Of a DNA stretch of 64,000 nt, positions 19,209 through 28,757 are shown piece by piece. The position numbers and the translations under genes are program-made. Position 1 is the first letter of the stretch. Each line of letters begins with the position of its first letter. A model generated the notes under the pieces. The model did not search any database and was not told the origin of the DNA. It worked only from the letters and a program-made list of their open reading frames with translations. The DNA comes from an uncultured Gammaproteobacteria bacterium (GTDB lineage: Bacteria; Patescibacteriota; Patescibacteriia; Magasanikbacterales; GWA2-37-8): NCBI GenBank assembly GCA_964510885.1, contig CAZEDL010000001.1:684-64683 (forward strand), written 5' to 3'.

Positions 19209-20669
19209 TTAAAATTCTGGTTGCGGCGCCTTAGCAAAGGCTGATTTTGGTTTTAATTGGACTGGTCCAGAGGCTGCGGCCGGAGTATTTGGGGCAACAT
19301 AATTTGTTTCTAGGTTACGGAACGAGGCTTGGGCATCGTTGAAGGCGAGCTTTACTACGCCGGTTGGGCCGTTGCGGTGTTTGGCGATATGGATTTCCGC
19401 CAGATTACGCTCGTCGGGCGGAATATCTTCGAGACGGTAGTTGCGATCAGCGGCTTTGCGATAAATGAACAGTACCACGTCGGCATCTTGTTCGATAGAC
19501 CCAGATTCACGTAGGTGGGAGAGCTTGGGGATAGCGGGCTTACTTTGTTCTACCACACGCGACAGCTGTGACAGGGCGATCACCGGGATATTTAGTTCGC
19601 GCGCGATACCCTTTAGACCACGGGTGATTTCGGCAATTTCTTGGGTACGATTGTCGCTTTCGCCGTGCGATTCCATGAGCTGCAAGTAGTCGATCACAAT
19701 GAGGCCAAGGCCATGTTCGGCTTGCAGGCGGCGGGCTTTGGTGCGAATCTGCATGATGTTAACGTTCGGAGAATCATCAAGGAAAATCGGGGCTTCAGAG
19801 AGGGTGCCAATGGCGTGGCCAATGCGCGGGAAATCATCATCTTCGGGGCGATCGGACAGGCGGCCAGTGCGCATTTTCCACAGGTCAATATTGGCTTCGG
19901 AGCAGAGGAGGCGATCAACCATTTGTTCTTTGCTCATTTCAAGCGAAAATAATCCGACAGGAACTTTTTGGCGGGTGGCAACATGGCGGATAATATCGAG
20001 TACGAAGGATGATTTACCGACACTAGGGCGTGCGGCGATGATGAGTAAGTCGGATCTCTGTAAGCCGGCCAGCATGTTATCCATTTCCCGGAAGCCAGTA
20101 GGGATGCCGCGCATCTGGCCTTTGTTACGGTGCAGTTCGTCAATGCGATCAAAGGCGTCGGCTAATACGCCACGGATAGGCGTAAACCCTTGTTTAAAAT
20201 AGATCTGTGATACCCCAAATAGATGTCGCTGGGCTTCATCGAGCAGTGCTTCGATATCTTCCATTTCTTCTTGGTAGGACAGGCGGCTAATTTCGTGAGA
20301 GGCTGAAAGTAGTCGGCGACGAGTAGCTTTGCGGTGCACGATATGAGCGTAGTGGACGATGTTGCTGGCGGTAGGAACCGAGTTGGTAAGGGTGGCTAAA
20401 TAACTGCGACCACCGATCCCGTCAAGCAGATTTTTTTCTTCGAGCCGGTTACTGAGCGTGAGCAAGTCGAGCGGCTCGCTTTTTTCATACAGTTCACAAA
20501 TCGCTTCGTAGATGGTGGCGTGGGCATCTTTATAAAAATCATCGGGATTCACAATATCCGCGATTTTTAACATCGCTTCCGGGTCAATCAAAATAGAACC
20601 GAGGAGTGACATTTCGGCTTCCAGGCTTTGGGGTGGAATTTTGTCGATAGTATCAAGTGATGGCGGCAT
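19209..20669 (-). CDS. dnaB: replicative DNA helicase DnaB
   Basis: PPQSLEAE, IAARPSVGKS (Walker A), FSLEMS, IDYLQLM, LSQLSR, LRESGSIEQDAD, AKHRNGPTG; no intein. Confidence 0.98.
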   Translation of the reverse strand: MPPSLDTIDKIPPQSLEAEMSLLGSILIDPEAMLKIADIVNPDDFYKDAHATIYEAICELYEKSEPLDLLTLSNRLEEKNLLDGIGGRSYLATLTNSVPTASNIVHYAHIVHRKATRRRLLSASHEISRLSYQEEMEDIEALLDEAQRHLFGVSQIYFKQGFTPIRGVLADAFDRIDELHRNKGQMRGIPTGFREMDNMLAGLQRSDLLIIAARPSVGKSSFVLDIIRHVATRQKVPVGLFSLEMSKEQMVDRLLCSEANIDLWKMRTGRLSDRPEDDDFPRIGHAIGTLSEAPIFLDDSPNVNIMQIRTKARRLQAEHGLGLIVIDYLQLMESHGESDNRTQEIAEITRGLKGIARELNIPVIALSQLSRVVEQSKPAIPKLSHLRESGSIEQDADVVLFIYRKAADRNYRLEDIPPDERNLAEIHIAKHRNGPTGVVKLAFNDAQASFRNLETNYVAPNTPAAASGPVQLKPKSAFAKAPQPEF

Positions 20670-20844
20670 ATTAGCCTTAATTTGGAGTTCGAGTATAGTA
20701 GCCTAGGATTATCGATTCTACAAGTTCAGGTGTGGAGAAGTTGTGTGCAACTAAAAAATGGTGCTTTTTCTTGTTATTTTAAGGCGCAAGGAGTATTCTT
20801 ATATGTAGCATGGTGCACTATTACTATAAGCAGGTTGGCCATTT

Positions 20845-23055
20845 ATGAAGCGTTTACAATGGCTTGAGTTAGGGCTGTATGGATTGATAGCGGGCGGAAT
20901 TTTTTTTGATTTACAATTGCTAAAAATGATGTGGCTTGGGGTGATGCTTGGCATCATTTTTTTAATTTGCGCCGCCAAATCACTCCAGCCAGTACTCGTG
21001 CAGCGGTTTGGCATTAGCCCTGGGCTGCCATCGTTTATTATTGGTGGTTTTTTAGCTCTGTCATTGATTGGATCATTAGCCGGTGTACTAATTGTTTTTG
21101 GACGTTTAACTAGCTTTGGTATCGCAGTGGTTTTTTTAATGGCCGGTTGTCTTTTTACCCTCTTATCAGCGGGATTAACGTTTGTCCTGTCTGAAGAAAA
21201 ATATACTGAGGCCAAGGTAGTAGTTAAAATTAAATTAACTACGGCCACCATTATTTTAATTACCAGCTATATCTTGTTGGTCGTTGCCAGTTTCGCCACT
21301 CTTGTTATGTCTAATCGCACCTTTGCGGTTGTCACCCCGTGGCATAGTATTGAATATTGGTATATTGGATTATTTTTTGCCGCGACGCTGCTTCTCGGGA
21401 TTCTTTTATATTATAAAGTTGTCGGCACGCTCGCACTTGGTTTGTTAATGCTTCATGGCCTATTGTGGCATAGTTTTTTACCACTTACGCATCCGTTGAT
21501 TTATGGGGCAGATGGATGGCGTCATATTGGCAATGACGCGGTGATTGTGGCTGAGCAGCCGGTCAAAAAAGCGGTGTTAAGCGGCGGCGAATTATCGCTG
21601 GTGCAAAAAATAGACCCTGGGACTTTTTCGTATAGCCAACTATGGGCAATTATTGCAATTATTAATCGGTTATCTGGAATATCGCTTATAGCGTTGTATG
21701 CCTGGTTCATGCCAATTGTATCGGCACTGCTATTCCCATTATTATTTAACGAGCTGGGCAGGCGATTAGGACTAGCCGAACGTACCCGACTATTAGCACA
21801 ATGGCTAGCTTTTCTGCCCTTTGCCCTGTCTAGCGCCGGAGCGTTTACGCTGCCGGTGAATTATGGGCTATTAGTATTTTTATTTGGAATGGTACTCTTG
21901 GCGGAGCGGTCCCGACGTCCGACCCGTTGGCAAGTGCCGGTGCTAATAGGTTGGGGAGTGCTTGCGGTGTTTGGGTATACTCTATATCTGGTTTTGTTTT
22001 GGTTGGCCTGGGCAGTGTTAGAAGTAATTCGACGAATCGTCGACAAGCAGCGTTTTAAACAGACACAGATTCTGGGAATGGTTGCTGTCTTTGGGTTATG
22101 CATTCCAATGTTCGAACTGCTTGCGCGTTATAGTACTTTTCAATCTTTAAAACAAAGTCTGGCTGGATTAAAGCAGCTGCTCGGTAATTTTTTGGCGCTT
22201 TATTTGGCGAACGGCCCGCGGCCGCATGATATTGCAACTGGCAATATTCTGTTTAACCAGGTGCCGAGCTATGCCTTTGTGGCAACCATATTCACCGTGT
22301 CGCGCTGGTGGCTGGTGGCTGTGGCGCTGGCGTGGTTTATTCTAATGGTTATTGGCTGGCGGTATTTAGTAAAAAAATCTGAGTTAGCGGGAGTATGGTT
22401 TGCTGGATTATCGGCCACCTTGGTAGTTAGCTATGGTATTGGGAGATATTTACTCGCCGGGGAGCAGGTGTTAAGCCGGCGGCTTGAAGCGGTTATTGCT
22501 ATCTGTTTTGTTGTCCTTGCGGCGTTTGGTTGGCAGGAGGTGCGCCAGGTGTGGAAGTGGCGGCAGGTTGCTACGGTGGTGCCCTGGTTGTTTTTGGTGG
22601 TGATGAGCGCGGCAATTACAGCGTCTTATACGCTTGGTCCGGATACACAGAGCATTAGCGTTCAGGAATACCGGGCTATGGAGTATGTATGGCAACAGGA
22701 GAAGGGGAAGCCCGATCATTGTATTATTGCAGATACCTATCCGCTTTTGGCGCTAGAAGCATTGTCCGCTCGGGAGATTATTGGGGGTGGATTTCCGATT
22801 GATCAGTATTTTGGTCAGCCGGAATTGATTAGGGCTTATACGCAGTTAACTGACCACCCTGATTTAGGGTGGCCGAAGAAGGTGTGGCAGGCGACGGGGG
22901 CGGAGTCTTGTTTTGTAGTAGTATCACAGCCGACTGATGATTTGATACAGTGGTTTAATACTCAGGGGATTGGTTTTGTTATGTTTGTTTATGACAAACT
23001 AAACAACATGACAGCTGTGTGGGAAATTGATAAGAATAATGCCAAGGATTTTTAA
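20845..23055 (+). CDS. large polytopic membrane protein, possibly a GT-C-type glycosyltransferase
   Basis: Many TM helices, YGADGWRH loop motif after an early TM, soluble C-terminal domain. Confidence 0.6.
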   Translation: MKRLQWLELGLYGLIAGGIFFDLQLLKMMWLGVMLGIIFLICAAKSLQPVLVQRFGISPGLPSFIIGGFLALSLIGSLAGVLIVFGRLTSFGIAVVFLMAGCLFTLLSAGLTFVLSEEKYTEAKVVVKIKLTTATIILITSYILLVVASFATLVMSNRTFAVVTPWHSIEYWYIGLFFAATLLLGILLYYKVVGTLALGLLMLHGLLWHSFLPLTHPLIYGADGWRHIGNDAVIVAEQPVKKAVLSGGELSLVQKIDPGTFSYSQLWAIIAIINRLSGISLIALYAWFMPIVSALLFPLLFNELGRRLGLAERTRLLAQWLAFLPFALSSAGAFTLPVNYGLLVFLFGMVLLAERSRRPTRWQVPVLIGWGVLAVFGYTLYLVLFWLAWAVLEVIRRIVDKQRFKQTQILGMVAVFGLCIPMFELLARYSTFQSLKQSLAGLKQLLGNFLALYLANGPRPHDIATGNILFNQVPSYAFVATIFTVSRWWLVAVALAWFILMVIGWRYLVKKSELAGVWFAGLSATLVVSYGIGRYLLAGEQVLSRRLEAVIAICFVVLAAFGWQEVRQVWKWRQVATVVPWLFLVVMSAAITASYTLGPDTQSISVQEYRAMEYVWQQEKGKPDHCIIADTYPLLALEALSAREIIGGGFPIDQYFGQPELIRAYTQLTDHPDLGWPKKVWQATGAESCFVVVSQPTDDLIQWFNTQGIGFVMFVYDKLNNMTAVWEIDKNNAKDF

Positions 23056-23069
23056 CGATTTATCTATAT

Positions 23070-23471
23070 ATGGATTGTATTTTTTGTAAAATTATAAAAA
23101 AAGAGATGCCGAATTTTACGGTGTATGAAGACGATAACGTTTTAGCGTTTCTAGATATTTTTCCCTGTAGTAAGGGGCATACCGTGGTGATCCCGAAGCG
23201 GCATTATGCTACGATATGGGAGATGGATGCCGAAGCGTGGCAGAGGGTGATGGCGGGGCTACGCGCAGCGGCTGAAAAAGTTCAAACTCGTCTTAAGCCA
23301 GCTGGCATGAATATTGGCATAAATAATGGGCCGGTAGCCGGGCAGGCGGTGCCGCATGTGCATTGGCATATTATCCCGCGCTATGAGGGGGATGGGGGAG
23401 GGTCGATGCATTCGATTGTAAAACAGGCGGGCGACATGACGCCAAAAGAAGTGGCGGGGCTTTTTAACTAA
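23070..23471 (+). CDS. HIT family hydrolase
   Basis: DCIFCKI, GHTVVIPKRH, AGQAVPHVHWHIIPR. Confidence 0.96.
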   Translation: MDCIFCKIIKKEMPNFTVYEDDNVLAFLDIFPCSKGHTVVIPKRHYATIWEMDAEAWQRVMAGLRAAAEKVQTRLKPAGMNIGINNGPVAGQAVPHVHWHIIPRYEGDGGGSMHSIVKQAGDMTPKEVAGLFN

Positions 23472-23476
23472 TTTTT

Positions 23477-24019
23477 ATGAAACGTCGATTTTTTCTGTAT
23501 GGAGTGTTGTTTCTGCTGATGATAGCAGGCAGAATTTTTGTGGCCTCTGAAACGAATGTTTTGTCAGCATCTTCGCCCGCTCAAACAGCAGTAGTGGGGC
23601 AACCCAAGAAGGCGGTGGCACAGCCGGGTTTATTCGTAGTTAAACGAGCCATTGATGGAGATACGATAAAGCTCACGACGGGAGAAACGGTGCGCTATAT
23701 CGGAGTAGATACGCCAGAGAGTGTGCATCCGACCAAGAAAGTCCAGTGTTTTGGCAAGGAAGCTGCGGCTTATAATAAGGAGCTGGTGGTCGGGCGTAAA
23801 GTGCGATTACAGAAAGATGTATCAAATACTGATCGTTATGGCCGATTGCTCCGGTATGTGTATTTGAGTGATGGCACGTTTGTTAATTTGAAATTAGTGC
23901 AAGAAGGGTATGCGCAGGCGGCCACGTTTCCGCCCGATGTGAAATATAGTAAAAAATTTGTAGAGGCTGCTGGGGTGGCGCGAGAGGGGAAGCTTGGATT
24001 GTGGGGGAAGTGTCGGTAA
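23477..24019 (+). CDS. thermonuclease (SNase) family, secreted or anchored
   Basis: IDGDTI, VRYIGVDTPE, DRYGRLLRYVY, AREGKLGLW; N-terminal TM. Confidence 0.95.
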   Translation: MKRRFFLYGVLFLLMIAGRIFVASETNVLSASSPAQTAVVGQPKKAVAQPGLFVVKRAIDGDTIKLTTGETVRYIGVDTPESVHPTKKVQCFGKEAAAYNKELVVGRKVRLQKDVSNTDRYGRLLRYVYLSDGTFVNLKLVQEGYAQAATFPPDVKYSKKFVEAAGVAREGKLGLWGKCR

Positions 24020-24119
24020 CAATTATCAATTTATAATTTTCAATTTTTAATCAATTTTCAATGTTTCAATTTATCAATATTTTTTTGAAAATTGAGAATT
24101 GAGAATTGTAAATTTCAAT
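24020..24119. repeat. AT-rich ~7-8-nt tandem units in inverted arrangement (TTTCAAT / ATTGAGA)
   Basis: caattatcaat...ttttcaat...tttcaatttatcaat opposed by ttgaaaattgagaattgagaattg. Confidence 0.55.
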
Positions 24120-24121
24120 CT

Positions 24122-24829
24122 ATGTCTACTCTTGTTTTTGATATCGAAACTGTGGGAGAAGATTATAATCTGCTTGATGAGACTACTCAGCATATGTTGA
24201 CGCGTTGGCTTGATAAGACGTCAAAAAATGACGAGGAGTATGAAACGGGTTTAGAAGATATTAAAAATGGCCTGGGATTTTCGCCGCTGACCGGGCAGAT
24301 TGTGGCGATTGGGGTGTATGATCTCGAGCGGGCACGAGGAGCGGTGTATTATCAGGATCCGGGTAAAACGACCGCTGAGTTTGAAGAAGAGGGCATTTCG
24401 TTCAAGCTCCGCTCAGAAAAAGAGATGCTCGAGCAGTTTTGGCAGGCGGCCCTAAAATATGATGATTTTGTATCGTTCAATGGCCGTGGGTTTGATGCGC
24501 CGTATCTGATGATTCGATCCGCTATTCATAAAATTCGTCCGACTAAAAATTTGTTATCGAATCGGTATTTGGGGTTGCAACGGGGCTGTCGGCATATTGA
24601 TTTGTGCGATCAGCTGAGTTTTTATGGGGCGATGTTCAAGCGCAGTAGCCTGCATTTGGCGTGCCGGGCATTTAATATTGTGAGTCCGAAATCGGGTGGC
24701 GTGACGGGTGATGATGTGGCTGGTCTTTTTAAGGAGGGGCGGGGATTGGATATTGCTAAATATAATGTGGGAGATTTGATTGCGACCGGAGAGTTGTATA
24801 AATATTGGCGAGATTATTTGAATGTGTGA
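24122..24829 (+). CDS. PolB-like 3'-5' exonuclease (DEDD, RNase H fold), stand-alone
   Basis: VFDIET (ExoI), SFNGRGFDAPYL (ExoII), HIDL, YNVGD (ExoIII); ATG at 24122. Confidence 0.88.
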   Translation: MSTLVFDIETVGEDYNLLDETTQHMLTRWLDKTSKNDEEYETGLEDIKNGLGFSPLTGQIVAIGVYDLERARGAVYYQDPGKTTAEFEEEGISFKLRSEKEMLEQFWQAALKYDDFVSFNGRGFDAPYLMIRSAIHKIRPTKNLLSNRYLGLQRGCRHIDLCDQLSFYGAMFKRSSLHLACRAFNIVSPKSGGVTGDDVAGLFKEGRGLDIAKYNVGDLIATGELYKYWRDYLNV

Positions 24830-24870
24830 GATGAGGAATAAAGAATTACGAATTAAGAATATCGAATGAA

Positions 24871-24906
24871 ATAAAATAATCCCGACTAAATCGGGATTAT
24901 TTTATT
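24871..24906. terminator. bidirectional terminator
   Basis: ATAAAATAATCCCGA-CTAAA-TCGGGATTATTTTAT. Confidence 0.7.
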
Positions 24907-25047
24907 TCATCATTATTTCTTATATTCCAAGAAAGAATAATGGGTTGGGTGGGACGAGGTGGGTGGGGTACGGTCGTCCCGGCCGTGTTGGCTCACTTCC
25001 TTTCCTTGTTGCGCCTGCCTATGGCACGGCCAACAGGATTGCGCTGC

Positions 25048-25557
25048 TTAGTCGCAGCGCCACAAGAACGCTCCGGAGAGCATGCTCTCGCGGAACTGGA
25101 TGCAGCCGCCCGGGAAGCTGGCGATGCAGCGAGGCCCGCTGGTTTGGGGGAAGCAGTTGTGCTCTCGGTGGTACTGGTCGGTGAACCGTAGCACCGTTTT
25201 GGGCTCTGCTGCACCCGGCATACAGCAGTTCAGGTCGTGCTGTATGAGCTTGCCAGTCCAGCGCAATGGCGACTTTGGGTCGTTGGGGCAGTTGTAGCTG
25301 GCCAGCAATGTGTCGATATTCAGCGTGCTGTTACCATCCTCTGAGCTGACGAAGTCGAAGCAGGCATAGTACCGGAGGTTGCAGTCGGCATCCTCGGGAG
25401 GCGGGGGATTGGTTGGGGGCATCCGAGGGACACAGCTTGTAGCCATGTCCTCAGCCGCCGGTGGCTGCGATGCGTCACCTGGGTCGGGGTTTCCCGGGGG
25501 CGGCGTCGGCGCACATGAAAGTGCTAGCCCTACAATGAACGGTATGCTTCTTCGCAT
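25048..25557 (-). CDS. GC-rich Cys/Pro-rich putative lipoprotein (orphan)
   Basis: Lipobox-like LALS-C15, Pro-rich linker and 10 further Cys; GC clearly above the flanks. Confidence 0.6.
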   Translation of the reverse strand: MRRSIPFIVGLALSCAPTPPPGNPDPGDASQPPAAEDMATSCVPRMPPTNPPPPEDADCNLRYYACFDFVSSEDGNSTLNIDTLLASYNCPNDPKSPLRWTGKLIQHDLNCCMPGAAEPKTVLRFTDQYHREHNCFPQTSGPRCIASFPGGCIQFRESMLSGAFLWRCD

Positions 25558-25650
25558 GATTTGGTTCCTCCTAGAACCACGAAATTTTTATCATGGTTAA
25601 CTTAAAAATGCAAGATTGAATACTTTACTATATTAGGCTATACTATTGGT

Positions 25651-27897
25651 ATGAGTGAACAATCTTCTGATAAGCCAATCATGCTCGGAGGCGTGAAAGT
25701 TGATCCTGGTGTCAACTTTTTTGGGTTGACCAATTACCGTAATCAGAATCGCCGCTTTGGGATCAAGACTGATGACCGGCGCCGACATATGTATATTGTG
25801 GGCAAGACGGGGATGGGCAAGACCACCATTCTTGAGAACATGGTGCTGAATGACATTTATGGCGGGCATGGGGTGGGGCTGGTTGACCCGCATGGCGACT
25901 TTGCGGAAAAAATTATTGATTTTATTCCACCGCACCGCATTAATGATGTGGTGTATTTTAATCCGTCGGATATCGATTATCCGATCGGATTTAATATTTT
26001 GGAAACAATTAATCCCGAGCAGAAGCATTTGGTGGCGTCGGGCCTGATGGGGGTGTTCAAGAAGATTTGGCCGGATGTGTGGAGTGCCCGTATGGAATAT
26101 ATTTTGAATAATACTATTCTTGCGCTCTTAGATTTTCCGGGTACCACACTCCTTGGCATTAATCGCATGTTGGCTGATGAAGAGTATCGCAAGCGCGTGG
26201 TGGCCAACACTAAGGACCCGGTGATCAAGGCCTATTGGCAAACTGAATTTGCCAATTATACGGAAAAATTCCGTAGTGAAGCGGTGTCGCCTATTCAAAA
26301 TAAAATTGGGCAATTTTTATCGGCTTCGGTGATTCGTAATATTGTGGCGCAGGTCAAATCGCGGATTAATATCCGCGAAATCATGGATACGCAGAAAATT
26401 TTGATCATGAACTTGTCTAAGGGGCGCATTGGTGAAGATAATTCACGTCTGCTGGGCGGTATGCTTATTACCCGTATCCAGCTCGCGGCTATGGAACGGG
26501 TGGATATTCCAGAAAAAGACCGCAAAGATTTCTTTTTATACGTGGATGAGTTTCAAAATTTTGCTACCGAAAGTTTTGCTAATATTTTGTCGGAAGCGCG
26601 TAAATACCGGCTTGATTTGATCATGGCGCATCAGTATATGGAGCAGCTTGATGAGATGGTGCTGGCAGCGGTGATCGGTAATGTGGGCACGATGGTGACG
26701 TTCCGGGTAGGGTCGAGTGATGCCGAGATTTTGGCCAAAGAATTTTCACCCACGTTTGTAGAAGAAGATTTAGTGAATTTGCCAAAATATCATACGTATT
26801 TAAAATTGATGATCGACGGGGTGGCATCGCGGCCTTTCAGCGCTCTCACCTTGCCCCCGATTGGTAGTTCAACCGCCAGTACCGAAAAGGTGGTGCGGGT
26901 ATCGCGCGAACGCTATGCCGTGCCTAAAGATAAAATCGAAGATAAAATCGCGCGCTGGAGTGGTATGGTGGTGATGAGTGATGAAGAGGCGAGTATGATG
27001 GAGGTGGATGAAGATGAAGTGTCATTCAAAGAGCCGGCTAAAAAAGCACCCGAGCAAATGGCAGCCTCTCAGCCTAAGCCAGGGCTGGTATCTTTACAGC
27101 CCTCACCGCGCCCGCCTCAGGCCCCAGTTCAGCAGCCGCGGCAACCTGCAGCTTCTGCGCCCTCAAGTGCTCCGGCCTCCGGCTCTCCAGCAGGAGAACC
27201 TCGCCGGGTGCCAAGCACCAGTCAGCCACGATCGCCACAGGGTAATCAGCCTAGACCTGGCAACACTAATCAGAATATGCCCCGTCCAGCCGGCACTAAT
27301 CGTTCTGATCAGCGATCGGCTCAGAGTGCTCCTGCAGGACGACAGGGAGGGCCAGGTGGTCTGCCTGGTGGTCAAAATTCACAATCAGGAAATTCGGAAT
27401 CACGCAATCGCAATAAAAATAAAAAGAATCGCACATCTTCACCGCCTCCGCCGTCGGCTTCGATATTACTCGGCGATCCGGGTCAGAAGGGGATTTCGCT
27501 TACCAGCATGTTGCCAAAACAACCGGTAGCGGATGATGACGTGGTGCAGGAAAAAGAATTGATCGAAGCTCCGGCTCAGCCGGTGTCAGCTCCGCGTGTT
27601 GATCGGCAGCCGGAGCCAGGGTTTGCTTCGCCCCCGGCCCTTGATTTATCGGCGACTTCCGTTGTTTCAGTTCCTACGTCGCCCTCAGTAGCTGTGGATC
27701 CTGCGCCTATTCAGGTTTCTAAAGAAGTTGAAACTTCCCGTTCACAGCGGTCAGCGCAAACGTCTGCTCCTGAGACTACGAACAAGACTCAGGTGCCGGT
27801 ATCACTGCAATCATCGACTTCCTTAACTCAGGCCCCTGAGCCAACGGTATTAAAACCTGGAGCAGTAGTGACTTTTGATGATACTACTCTTGAATAG
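25651..27897 (+). CDS. TraD/TrwB/VirD4-like (HerA/FtsK superfamily) ATPase with a ~300-aa disordered tail
   Basis: DRRRHMYIVGKTGMGKT (Walker A), DPHGD, LYVDEFQNF (Walker B), SEARKYRL, AHQY; P/S/Q-rich C-terminus. Confidence 0.9.
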   Translation: MSEQSSDKPIMLGGVKVDPGVNFFGLTNYRNQNRRFGIKTDDRRRHMYIVGKTGMGKTTILENMVLNDIYGGHGVGLVDPHGDFAEKIIDFIPPHRINDVVYFNPSDIDYPIGFNILETINPEQKHLVASGLMGVFKKIWPDVWSARMEYILNNTILALLDFPGTTLLGINRMLADEEYRKRVVANTKDPVIKAYWQTEFANYTEKFRSEAVSPIQNKIGQFLSASVIRNIVAQVKSRINIREIMDTQKILIMNLSKGRIGEDNSRLLGGMLITRIQLAAMERVDIPEKDRKDFFLYVDEFQNFATESFANILSEARKYRLDLIMAHQYMEQLDEMVLAAVIGNVGTMVTFRVGSSDAEILAKEFSPTFVEEDLVNLPKYHTYLKLMIDGVASRPFSALTLPPIGSSTASTEKVVRVSRERYAVPKDKIEDKIARWSGMVVMSDEEASMMEVDEDEVSFKEPAKKAPEQMAASQPKPGLVSLQPSPRPPQAPVQQPRQPAASAPSSAPASGSPAGEPRRVPSTSQPRSPQGNQPRPGNTNQNMPRPAGTNRSDQRSAQSAPAGRQGGPGGLPGGQNSQSGNSESRNRNKNKKNRTSSPPPPSASILLGDPGQKGISLTSMLPKQPVADDDVVQEKELIEAPAQPVSAPRVDRQPEPGFASPPALDLSATSVVSVPTSPSVAVDPAPIQVSKEVETSRSQRSAQTSAPETTNKTQVPVSLQSSTSLTQAPEPTVLKPGAVVTFDDTTLE

Positions 27898-27959
27898 ATT
27901 ATTTTAAAACACTCCAGGGTAATATTCACCTCAAAACTCATCGTTTAATTCACCCGAAG

Positions 27960-28015
27960 CGACCTCAGGGCCGGTGATTTAGCGGATGAATACAAAACCA
28001 CCGGCCCTGAGGTCG
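27960..28015. repeat. perfect 17-bp GC-rich inverted repeat
   Basis: CGACCTCAGGGCCGGTG (27960-27976) and CACCGGCCCTGAGGTCG (27999-28015), between convergent genes. Confidence 0.8.
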
Positions 28016-28041
28016 GTGGTTGGTTACTTTAGTTCCAGAAT

Positions 28042-28410
28042 TTATTGTTTGATTTCGGTATAAATATGTCCGCCAAGTTTTGCTATCACCATCACGCTGA
28101 GCACGATGAGCAACCAAATATCGATTGGTTTATGCTGCCACGACTGAGTGATAATAGCCGCCAGAATTGTACCAATCCCAGCCAAAAAAGCGATTCGTCC
28201 GGCCATAAAACTGTGTAGTGCTTCGCGTTCATCGGTAGCCTTTTCATGCCATACAAAACTGGCTAAGACTGCAAATACTACTAGTGTAATCAGACCAAGT
28301 GACATCACTGCCATCGGTGGCATGAAACCGAATGGCTCTAAGAATAAAGTCAGCAAAGCGATCAGAAGTACGGAGACTATAATTTCTTTGGCAAAAGATT
28401 TATTTTTCAT
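28042..28410 (-). CDS. 4-TM membrane protein (DUF2178-like, DERE motif)
   Basis: Start MKNKSF overlaps the XRE gene; TDEREALH motif between TM helices. Confidence 0.7.
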   Translation of the reverse strand: MKNKSFAKEIIVSVLLIALLTLFLEPFGFMPPMAVMSLGLITLVVFAVLASFVWHEKATDEREALHSFMAGRIAFLAGIGTILAAIITQSWQHKPIDIWLLIVLSVMVIAKLGGHIYTEIKQ

Positions 28411-28612
28411 ACCGCAGAATAAAAATATCATCTACATTTTTTTTGAAAAACGTAGCCAATTTAAGAGCCAAGGTAACTGATGGTGTATAATTACCCTTCT
28501 CAATAGCGATGATAGTTTGTCTGGTTACGCCAACTGCTTTTCCCAAATCTTCTTGAGTCATCTCAGCGACAGCGCGTAGTTCATTAACACGATTAGTCAG
28601 GTTTTCTTTCAT
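28400..28612 (-). CDS. XRE-family HTH transcriptional regulator
   Basis: MTQEDLGKAVGVTRQTIIAIEKGNYTPSVTLALKLA; start MKENL at 28612. Confidence 0.93.
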   Translation of the reverse strand: MKENLTNRVNELRAVAEMTQEDLGKAVGVTRQTIIAIEKGNYTPSVTLALKLATFFKKNVDDIFILRYEK

Positions 28613-28728
28613 ATGGACACGACTGTAGCATAGTGATATATAAATGTCAAGAAAAGTATACATGTTGCTGTATTAGGAGCATTGAAGAGCATGTGACGGA
28701 TTTTTTTGGCTATATTTGCTTACTAGAC

Positions 28729-28757
28729 TTGACAAAATTAGGTTATTATGCTAAGAT
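28729..28757 (+). promoter_or_regulatory. sigma70 promoter for the DEAD-box helicase
   Basis: TTGACA(28729)-17 nt-TAAGAT(28752) with TG extended -10. Confidence 0.7.

Noticed and set aside
19209-20669. Intein in DnaB
   Set aside because: Length is normal and the helicase motifs are contiguous.
24020-24119. CRISPR array
   Set aside because: Units are 7-8 nt and degenerate, with no repeat-spacer structure and no cas genes.
24940-25600. Several overlapping short ORFs on both strands
   Set aside because: Expected in GC-rich DNA; only 25048-25557 has coherent protein features.
25651-27897. Conjugative element
   Set aside because: No relaxase, VirB genes or integrase nearby.
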